The notes beneath the pieces are model-generated. The model had not been told where the DNA came from and made no database searches. It worked only from the letters and a program-made list of their open reading frames with translations. A stretch of DNA of 64,000 bases. Source: Candidatus Latescibacterota bacterium (GTDB lineage Bacteria; Latescibacterota; UBA2968; GCA-2709665). Where the stretch lies: assembly GCA_965116875.1 (NCBI GenBank), contig OZ220733.1, positions 1,120,001 through 1,184,000 on the forward strand, in the 5' to 3' direction. The position numbers and the translations under genes were made by a program. How positions within the stretch are numbered: the stretch's first letter is position 1; every line of letters starts with the position of its first letter. Positions 57,048 through 64,000 of the stretch are shown here, one piece after another.

Positions 57048-58022
57048 ATGTCACCGGAGGAACACAGAATGGCGGAGGCAGCGACGAAGACCGGATATAC
57101 CGCACCCAATCCCGGGTTCGGGTTCTCTGATGTGCCGCAGAAGGAATTCGACTATCCGTTTCCTGCCCTGACGCTGGAGCAGCGGATGCGGTTCGAGCTT
57201 TTCGGATACACCATCGTCGAGGACCTGTTTAGCGAGCCGGAGTTGCAGTCCATCGTGGCGTCAGCCAGCGAATTGAAGGCGGAAATCCTGGACGCGGCCG
57301 GCGACAGCGAGATCACGCCGCCTCCGCCGCCCAGGAAATACGAGGACTTCAGGGACGGGGCGATCTGGCGGGCGAACCGGAGGAGGACCGCTTCGGGCGA
57401 CCTTCACCTCGAACGTCTTGAAATCGAGAATGTACTGGGGCTGGACCCCATCTACCTGTCCGTGCTGACCAGGCCACGCGTCCTGGGGATCGCAACCGAA
57501 CTGCTGGGGGGAACCTTCCGGTTCCATCAGGTCGCGGTCCGCTTCAACCGGCGTTCCGAAACCCCGGTCCTGGGTTGGCACGGCGGGGTGACGCGGCACA
57601 AGGACCGGGCGGTGCGCAAAAACGGCTGGTTCCATACGCAGATCCTGGGTCTGATTCTCTACCTGACTGACGTCGGCCCCGGCGACGGGGGTACCGGGAT
57701 CTTCGCGGGAAGTCACAGACTGGACCTTTCGTACGACGATCTGAGGCAGTATATCACGGACCATCCGGACTCCGAGTTCTTTCACCAGACCACGGCGAAG
57801 CGGGGCTCGGCGCTGCTGTTCGCCGACGGCCCGCTGATGCACCGGACCATCAACATCGAGACGGACAGGGAACGGCTCATCATGCTCTCGCGGCTGGTCC
57901 ATTCGGACTACGATTTCGGCCAGATGGAGTCGCTGGGTCAGACCGACCACGTACCGCATGAGCTGATGCCGCTGTTCTATGGACGGGCCTTCACGCCCAG
58001 ATATCGGCCCCGCGGGGAATAG
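57048..58022 (+). CDS. PhyH family Fe(II)/2OG enzyme with HxG metal motif
   Basis: FELFGY, WHGG, YLTDVGPGDGGT...GSH, LMH......ER; the start may be 57069. Confidence 0.85.
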   Translation: MSPEEHRMAEAATKTGYTAPNPGFGFSDVPQKEFDYPFPALTLEQRMRFELFGYTIVEDLFSEPELQSIVASASELKAEILDAAGDSEITPPPPPRKYEDFRDGAIWRANRRRTASGDLHLERLEIENVLGLDPIYLSVLTRPRVLGIATELLGGTFRFHQVAVRFNRRSETPVLGWHGGVTRHKDRAVRKNGWFHTQILGLILYLTDVGPGDGGTGIFAGSHRLDLSYDDLRQYITDHPDSEFFHQTTAKRGSALLFADGPLMHRTINIETDRERLIMLSRLVHSDYDFGQMESLGQTDHVPHELMPLFYGRAFTPRYRPRGE

Positions 58023-58029
58023 GTGCAGG

Positions 58030-58135
58030 AGAGAATGGTGAGGAGTGAGGGTTGAGAGCCCCCGCCGCCCTCAGCGCGTCACACAGGTCTCTCTTTCCTC
58101 ACTCCTCTTTTCTCACTCCTCTTTTCTCACTTCTT
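58030..58135. repeat. Inverted 7/14-bp periodic repeat arms
   Basis: GTGAGGAGTGAG facing (CTCACTCCTCTTTT)x2-CTCACTTCTT. Confidence 0.6.
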
Positions 58136-58157
58136 GCAACGGAAGGTGGAAGAAGAA

Positions 58158-59435
58158 ATGGCGGCGCGAGTTCCCGGGATCAAGACGTGGTATGTGCCAC
58201 GGATCTGCGGCGTCGAGCCGGCCGGCCGGACGATTTCGGTCAATGCCGGTGAGACCCTCGACCTTCGTCTCGAGGTAGAGCCCTGTCAATCGCTCCCCAC
58301 AGGGCAGGCCTGGCGGCGCCTGTCCGATCCCATCCTGTCGGCGGCGACCACGAAACAGGACTGGTGCCGGGTGATCCTCTACATGCCCTGCGTACTGAGG
58401 ACGGACGGCATCTTCAAGATGTGGTACGTGGGCAGTTCCGACCACGCGCGCAACCCTTCGTACATCCATCTGGGGTACGCCACGTCGACGGACGGGCTGT
58501 GCTGGGACCCGCGGCCGGAGAATCCGATCGCCACCGACGATGCGATTCCGTGGGGCTGGCGTTTCCAGGCGCCGTACGTACTCTACGATCTGCAGGAAAG
58601 GATCTACAAGATGTGGTTCACCGCCGTCGATGAAATCGACACGGAGGGACGCCCGTGGTTGAACCAGCGGGTGGGGTACGGCGAGAGTCCCGACGGGATT
58701 TCCTGGACCTTCCACCCGAAGCCTGTGTTCCGCACCGGGCGGCGCCCGTGCGTCCTGAAACTGGACGATGGGACGTACAGGATGTGGGTGAACGCGCCCT
58801 CCAACGCGGTTCCGGATCTGCCGATGACCCTGAACGTCGTTTCCGCCCGGTCCGAGGACGGTCTGCACTGGGAACACGAAGGCGACGCGGTGAGGTACGG
58901 CGGGATCTATCGCTCTTGCGTGTATCCCTTCGTGATGCGCGATCGGGACGAACTGGCGATGTGGTACGGCGGTCACCGGGCGGGCGGGCTCTTCGATATT
59001 TCGTTCGGGCGGACGCGTGACGGCCGCACCTGGTACTACCAGAACGACGTGCCGACTTTTCCGCCGAACCCGCGAAGGGAAGCGTTCGACGGCCGGTACA
59101 CGTCCACCCCGCACGTATTGAAGCTGCCGGGAAGATACCTGATGTACTATTCCGCCCGGGACCTGGACGACGCCTGGGTTGCGCCGGACGGGTCGCCCCA
59201 GCGGGACGGCGACGGAGTGTATCGCCATATCGGGTGCGCCGAATTGCCCGTCGACGAAGTGGAAGATCCGGACCTCCGCTTTTCGTGGACGTCCAATGGC
59301 AGAACAATTCCCGGAAACGGCGGATCGCTGCGGTTCGTGGCGGACAGAGCGGGAAGACATTCGATAACCTGCCGCGTGGAAAACGCCAACGGCTCAGCCG
59401 CGTACACCTGGGAGGTGGATGCAGGCAATGGCTAG
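58158..59435 (+). CDS. Five-bladed beta-propeller paralogue within a split Ig/PKD-like domain
   Basis: Shares DWCRV.LY.P, GRRPCV, DGRYTSTP and YYSARD with 53119-54141; has extra N- and C-terminal beta segments. Confidence 0.75.
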   Translation: MAARVPGIKTWYVPRICGVEPAGRTISVNAGETLDLRLEVEPCQSLPTGQAWRRLSDPILSAATTKQDWCRVILYMPCVLRTDGIFKMWYVGSSDHARNPSYIHLGYATSTDGLCWDPRPENPIATDDAIPWGWRFQAPYVLYDLQERIYKMWFTAVDEIDTEGRPWLNQRVGYGESPDGISWTFHPKPVFRTGRRPCVLKLDDGTYRMWVNAPSNAVPDLPMTLNVVSARSEDGLHWEHEGDAVRYGGIYRSCVYPFVMRDRDELAMWYGGHRAGGLFDISFGRTRDGRTWYYQNDVPTFPPNPRREAFDGRYTSTPHVLKLPGRYLMYYSARDLDDAWVAPDGSPQRDGDGVYRHIGCAELPVDEVEDPDLRFSWTSNGRTIPGNGGSLRFVADRAGRHSITCRVENANGSAAYTWEVDAGNG

Positions 59436-61302
59436 AACCGTGGTCCTGGCCGCCGACCGCCGCGCCCGATGTGCGGTGGAGGCGCCTTCGAAACCCGAAC
59501 CGGCCGAAAAGACGGCAGGAGAAGAACTGGCGCATTACATCGGGAAGCTCGCTGGTACGCCCATCGGTCTGCATCAGGGAAAAAAGAGCGGCGCGTCCGT
59601 AAGGATTCTGGTGGGCGCAAGGGCCAGCGAGGAGATTGGCGACCTGCCGCTGGCCGAGGTGCGGGACGACGGCTTTGTGCTGCGCGTATCGACCGACCGG
59701 ATTGCGTTGACGGGCGCCAACCCCCGTGGAACGCTGTATGCCGCGTATGAGCTGATCGAGCGTCTGGGTGTGCGGTGGTACGGACCGAACCCCGAGGATG
59801 AGTACGTGCCGGCGACGGGGGACCTGGTGCTTCCCGAGGGTACGGAGGTGATCAACCCGTCCTTCCGGTTCCGGTTCCTCCGGTGCCTCTTCTCGGCGAT
59901 GGTGGGGTTGGGAGCGTCGGGAATGTGGCAGCCCTTTTCGTCTCCCCGGCGGGAACAGCTGCTGGACTGGGGCGTGAAGAACCGGCTGAACGCGGGCTTC
60001 TGGCCCTTCGACGATCCGGACGTCACGTCGTTCTTCCGAAGGCGCGGCGGCGTGGCGTGCGTGGACCACATTCACGCCCTGCCTTATATGGTGCCGCCTG
60101 CCGAATACTGGGAGTCGCACCCGGAATATTTCGCGGTCGACGAACACGGCGAGTTGTTCCCGAGACGGGCGAATGAGTACGGGATACACGTGTGCAGGTC
60201 AAATCCGGACGTCCTGGACCTGGTGATCCGGAAGGCCCTCGAGACGATGGAACGCGACCCGGACGCAGGCTTCGTGAGCATTTCCCAGGCGGACGGCCAG
60301 TTCCACTGCCGGTGCCCGGCCTGCCTGTCGAAGTGCAACCAGGGATCGCTGGTGTTTCTGGGCGAGGAGCAGATCATCCGGACCGATTGCATGGTGGATT
60401 TCGCCAACCGGGTGGCGGAACGATTCTGCGAGCGCTGGCCGGACGGGAACCTCATGATCCTGGGACACCATCAGACGATTCCGCCGCCGACGATTGCCGT
60501 GCATCCGAACGTGATGGTCAAGCTGGCCTGTTCGCCGCATGGGTTCGTGTCCTTCAACCGGCCCCTCGAGGACCCCGCGGGAAACAGCTGGATTTTCCAG
60601 AGGGCCGTGGAAGGATGGGCGGCGACGGGAACGCCGCTGGCCTATTACGGATACAACCCGCACAGTACCTTTGCCCATGCTCCCTTTTCGGCGGGCCGGA
60701 GGTTCCACAGCGACGTCAGATGGCTACACCGGCACGGGTTCGTTGGGGCCGAATTCCAGGGCGAGGGGACGCTGTGGGGATTCTACGGGCTGAATCACGT
60801 CGTACAGGCCCGGACGATGTGGGACGTCGAGGTGGATTTCGACGCGCTTCAGGCGGACTATTTCCGGTGTCTGTTCGGCGCCGCCGCCGAGCCGGTCAAG
60901 GCGTTGCACGAGGCGTTCGAGCGGGCGCTGGTCGCCCATGAACCCATGTCGAAGGGCCTAGGCGGGTTTCTTTCGTCCGAGGTGATCGATTCGGGAAGGG
61001 AACTGTTGCGCGAGGCTCGCGACGCGGAACTGTCCGAGAACGTTCAGGACCGCCTGGACGTCCTGGACGCGCAGGTTGAGTACGGAGACCGGCTGATGGG
61101 CGCGAGACGGACCGCGGAAACGTATTACCGCACGCGCGATCAGGATCACTTGAAGCGGCTGGTCCGGGAACGGGATGCCATCGTCGACTACATCGCCGCA
61201 AATCCCGTGGAAGGCGCGTATCATCTGGGCGGCATTGGGGGGCAGCGAGGGAATATCAACAACTTCCTGCTGGGGCACCTCTGGGGAGTCGATAAGATCT
61301 AA
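59428..61302 (+). CDS. DUF4838-like protein with GH20b/GH67-type N-terminal domain
   Basis: ELAHYI.K..G, RGTLYA.YE..E.LG.RW..P, P.FRFR, HPEYFA, C.SNP, D....C.C..C, YF...FG.AA. Confidence 0.8.
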   Translation: MARTVVLAADRRARCAVEAPSKPEPAEKTAGEELAHYIGKLAGTPIGLHQGKKSGASVRILVGARASEEIGDLPLAEVRDDGFVLRVSTDRIALTGANPRGTLYAAYELIERLGVRWYGPNPEDEYVPATGDLVLPEGTEVINPSFRFRFLRCLFSAMVGLGASGMWQPFSSPRREQLLDWGVKNRLNAGFWPFDDPDVTSFFRRRGGVACVDHIHALPYMVPPAEYWESHPEYFAVDEHGELFPRRANEYGIHVCRSNPDVLDLVIRKALETMERDPDAGFVSISQADGQFHCRCPACLSKCNQGSLVFLGEEQIIRTDCMVDFANRVAERFCERWPDGNLMILGHHQTIPPPTIAVHPNVMVKLACSPHGFVSFNRPLEDPAGNSWIFQRAVEGWAATGTPLAYYGYNPHSTFAHAPFSAGRRFHSDVRWLHRHGFVGAEFQGEGTLWGFYGLNHVVQARTMWDVEVDFDALQADYFRCLFGAAAEPVKALHEAFERALVAHEPMSKGLGGFLSSEVIDSGRELLREARDAELSENVQDRLDVLDAQVEYGDRLMGARRTAETYYRTRDQDHLKRLVRERDAIVDYIAANPVEGAYHLGGIGGQRGNINNFLLGHLWGVDKI

Positions 61303-61543
61303 CCATGATTCGTTGTTTTCCGGGGACGTTAGTTCGTATATATGCAGGTAGATAATGGCGATTAAACTGCAGATTACCAGGATACACCAGGTCGCTGGAC
61401 GTTAACGGAAATATCATCCTTATGGACGACCTCGATACCCCGTTTGGCACCGGTCCTTTTTGTGTCTTTTGTGCCTTTTGTGGCCAATTTGACTGTCGTC
61501 TTTTTTCGCATTGAGGGTAAGCAGCCTGATGCGGCTTCGTTTC
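61300..61543 (+). repeat. Dispersed ~220-bp element, copy C
   Basis: Colinear with 41298-41535; starts at the TAA stop of the upstream gene. Confidence 0.85.
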
Positions 61544-61558
61544 CTCAGCCGCAACCAA

Positions 61559-61885
61559 TCATGTGACGCCGGCCAGCCGCGCGCTCACCAGCCGATTCAG
61601 GCTTACGCCCTGTTCCGCCGCTTCGATGACCAGGGCTCGGTGCGATTCCGGCGGCAGACGCACCAGGAATTTGCCGCTGTACGCGCGATCCGCCAGTGGC
61701 GCCGGTATTGGCTCGCCAGTGGCGCGCATGTCGTCCACGGATTCCCGAACGAGCCGCTGGATGCCGGACAATGCCTCATCGGGTGACGTCGCGAGCCAGC
61801 TCAGCGACGGGAATTCCGCACAGAGACCCACGTGTTCGCTGTCTTCCGCGGACCACGTGATCCGGTAGGTGTAATGGTCGGTCAT
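61559..61885 (-). CDS. hicB: HicB family antitoxin
   Basis: YRITWS.ED..HVG...EFPSL, YSGKF.VR.PPE.HR.L...A...GVSLN (RHH). Confidence 0.9.
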   Translation of the reverse strand: MTDHYTYRITWSAEDSEHVGLCAEFPSLSWLATSPDEALSGIQRLVRESVDDMRATGEPIPAPLADRAYSGKFLVRLPPESHRALVIEAAEQGVSLNRLVSARLAGVT

Positions 61886-62294
61886 CTTAACTCCTCGAGT
61901 TTTTCGATTGCCTTGATCACCTGGCGGACCTGATATGGCTTCGCCATGCCTTTGTTATTTTGGATGTAGAAGCGGTTTTAAAATTACCGGTGAGTTCCCG
62001 AGCGCGAGCGAAAAAGCGACGGTCAAGGCGGGAGAACCCGACCATATTTAGTTATACGGGTGGGTTTGACCAACGCCGACCGGCGCTTTTGCAGCCGCGT
62101 GAAGACCGCTGGGAATTTTAAGACAGCTTCGTAACGCGTGGATCGCCCGGCCACGGCATCCGGTAGACCCGATGGCTCGTTCCGGTCTGACGTGGTTGCC
62201 CGAAATATTCGTCGCAGACCCTTACAAGATCCGTAAATCGAACTCCATTCGGATTGTTACGTAGCGCTTTGAGAATTTCCGCCGTGCTTGCCAT
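61882..62294 (-). pseudogene. hicA: HicA-like toxin interrupted by a MITE
   Basis: MASTAEILKALRNNPNGVRFTDL...GTSHRVYRMPWPGDPRV | MITE | IQNNKGMAKPYQVRQVIKAIEKL; ATGA overlap with hicB. Confidence 0.88.
61969..62130 (-). mobile_element. 162-bp MITE, copy 3, flanked by GTA/GTA
   Basis: Same sequence family as 50156-50317; 3-bp direct repeat at the flanks. Confidence 0.9.
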
Positions 62295-62299
62295 GTATT

Positions 62300-62328
62300 A
62301 TGATATCAATAATGATACTTTTTGTAAA
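62300..62328 (-). promoter_or_regulatory. hicAB promoter (probably leaderless) with overlapping operator
   Basis: Minus-strand TTTACA-N17-TATCAT ending 5 nt before the ATG; inverted repeat ATATCA-ATAA-TGATAC at 62303-62318. Confidence 0.6.
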
Positions 62329-62472
62329 GTAGAAACGATCCCTGTCTAAAACGCCGGTCGACCTGGAGCCTGCACTCGATATACGTTAAGTGACACGCGA
62401 GACAACGTAATCCAACTTCGAGTCGCCAAGGGTCGCCTTCGTACATAATCGTTAAGCAAGAATGGTGCCTGA

Positions 62473-64000
62473 ATGGAACAACCCATCCTGATTTTGCGCG
62501 CGGAAAGCGATCCGTCGGAGGGTCTGTGCGCGGAGGTACTCCGGTGCGAGGGTTTTCCGTGGCTGGAAGAGCGGCCAGCCCACACATTCGACGGCGTTCC
62601 GCCGGGCGTAAGTGTGGTGATTCTGGCCGGCACCGGCATCGGCCGAACGACCGCGGAGCGCCTGGCGAAGGCCGTCTCCGCGGGCGTGACGCTGATTTCA
62701 ACCTCGCCCGACCCGGCCGTCGCGGCAGCGTTCGGCGTCTCGGTCTCGGATGCCGCAACCGATGCCCACGTGGCCGTGACCGCGCTGAACGGCTGGGAAC
62801 ACGGCGACGTGCCGTTGCTGTGCCCGGACGACACCGCCCGCCCCCTTCGCGGCGGCCAGGAAGCGGCGGCGCTTCGGACCGCCGGTGGAGAGCGATGCGG
62901 ATCCGGACTCGTTTCCGCCCGCGTGGGAAATGGAACGGCCTGGATTTACGGCTACGACCTCTGCCGTACCGTGGCCACGCTGCGTCACGGTACGGGCGAC
63001 GTGCGGGAGCGGCCGGCGAAGGATATGGGGCCGCTCACCGGGCCCCGGCACATCTACGGATTCTTCCACCTTTCTGACAAGCTGCCCCGGGACGTGCCGG
63101 TATGCGATCTGCATCAGGATATCCTTCGGACGCTCGTTCTGGCTTCTCTGGCCGATACGGGTCTTCCTCGACTCTGGCACTTTCCACACGCAGCGCCCGC
63201 GCTCTGGTTCGTGAAGGGCGATGGATGCGGAGAAGCCGGCGCCGACGTGGAGGTGGACGTCGTCGAGGAGTACGGCGCCTATCTGACATTCAACAGACCC
63301 CCCGTGAGCAGGTACGACGGAGACTTGATGAAAGACTGGCACGAACGGGGGCACGGCGTCACCATCGAAGCCAACCTGGACCACGTCACAAGGCCGGTCG
63401 TCGAAGTCTCGGGACAGAAGGTCCGCCGGTCGCGCACCGCACGGGACCTGAACGAAAATGCGCTTCCCGATATCCGCGCCAACCTCGAGGCGCACCGCGA
63501 CAGCTTCGTCCGCGACACCGGTCTGGAGATGGACACCATCTGCATCCACGGCTGCCAATGGTCGGGACATCCGATGGCGGAGATGGTGGTTGACCTCGGC
63601 TGGTACACGCCCACCCACTTCATCTCCCACGATCCGCGAATGCGGCACGATGAGCGCTATGGTCCATACATGATTTCAACCGCCCTGCCGCTCCGATACT
63701 TCCAGCATGGTGTGGGCGTCCTCGACCTGTGGCATATGCCGGCGCAGTGGGACGAGAGCCAGACGCTTGGTGAATGGGACCCCGCGGATCCGAAATCCAC
63801 GGGAAGGGTGTGCCTGTCAACGGAAGCGTACGGCGAGGAGCTCATCCGGTTCGCCGAAGACGCCGCGCATCGCTGGCATGGGGTGCAGATCGCCAACTTT
63901 CACCCGAGTTACGTCGCCATGCCCCAGGACCATCCCAGCGCTTCCCGTCGGTCGCTGGAGATGGGCCTGGACGGCGCCCGGGCGGCCGGATGCCGGTTCG
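62473..64000 (+). CDS. Hypothetical protein, 5' part (possible deacetylase/GH57-like barrel); absent from the ORF track because it has no stop in the window
   Basis: Open frame from MEQPILILRAE to the window end; contains LPRLWHFP..A.ALWFVKGDG and NFHP. Confidence 0.65.
   Translation, partial: MEQPILILRAESDPSEGLCAEVLRCEGFPWLEERPAHTFDGVPPGVSVVILAGTGIGRTTAERLAKAVSAGVTLISTSPDPAVAAAFGVSVSDAATDAHVAVTALNGWEHGDVPLLCPDDTARPLRGGQEAAALRTAGGERCGSGLVSARVGNGTAWIYGYDLCRTVATLRHGTGDVRERPAKDMGPLTGPRHIYGFFHLSDKLPRDVPVCDLHQDILRTLVLASLADTGLPRLWHFPHAAPALWFVKGDGCGEAGADVEVDVVEEYGAYLTFNRPPVSRYDGDLMKDWHERGHGVTIEANLDHVTRPVVEVSGQKVRRSRTARDLNENALPDIRANLEAHRDSFVRDTGLEMDTICIHGCQWSGHPMAEMVVDLGWYTPTHFISHDPRMRHDERYGPYMISTALPLRYFQHGVGVLDLWHMPAQWDESQTLGEWDPADPKSTGRVCLSTEAYGEELIRFAEDAAHRWHGVQIANFHPSYVAMPQDHPSASRRSLEMGLDGARAAGCRF

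Noticed and set aside
554-63896. Numerous long overlapping or antisense ORFs in the track (e.g. 6482-7786, 28754-30112, 48673-50100, 58618-60189)
   Set aside because: Shadow frames of high-GC genes; Arg/Pro/Gly-rich or antisense translations with no family motifs
1-64000. Prophage, integron or autonomous IS element
   Set aside because: No integrase, transposase or phage structural gene, and no regular attC-like cassette array was recognised

Overview
A GC-rich, gene-dense chromosomal window from a Gram-negative bacterium. The TonB-dependent receptor, PorV-like barrel, T9SS-like C-terminal domain, GWxTD-type protein, dockerin-like DFxDF tags, DUF6785-like transporter and PhyH paralogues suggest an FCB-associated lineage such as Latescibacterota; this is inference only. 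It holds about 47 intact or edge-truncated genes. The main blocks are a minus-strand catabolic run (8.2-17.4 kb: 2-oxoacid/acetoin dehydrogenase E1a/E1b/E2, DlgD-like, SDR, RidA), surface or secreted proteins (17.9-27.7 kb), a plus-strand cluster of cytoplasmic carbohydrate-enzyme-like folds (28.8-43.5 kb), and an outer-membrane module of OMP + TonB receptor + CTD-bearing cargo + PorV-like barrel (43.9-51.3 kb). That module is followed by putative utilisation genes, including an HxG (halogenase-like) Fe/2OG enzyme. Intergenic DNA is rich in non-autonomous repeats: a 162-bp MITE (3 copies), a ~220-bp stop-codon-anchored element (3 copies plus a fragment), REP palindromes and 7-/9-mer periodic arms. 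All three toxin genes of toxin-antitoxin type (mazF-, vapC- and hicA-like) are broken. Two unannotated structured-RNA candidates were found. No rRNA, tRNA, CRISPR array, transposase or integrase was seen. All calls come from reading motifs by eye; no database searches were run.
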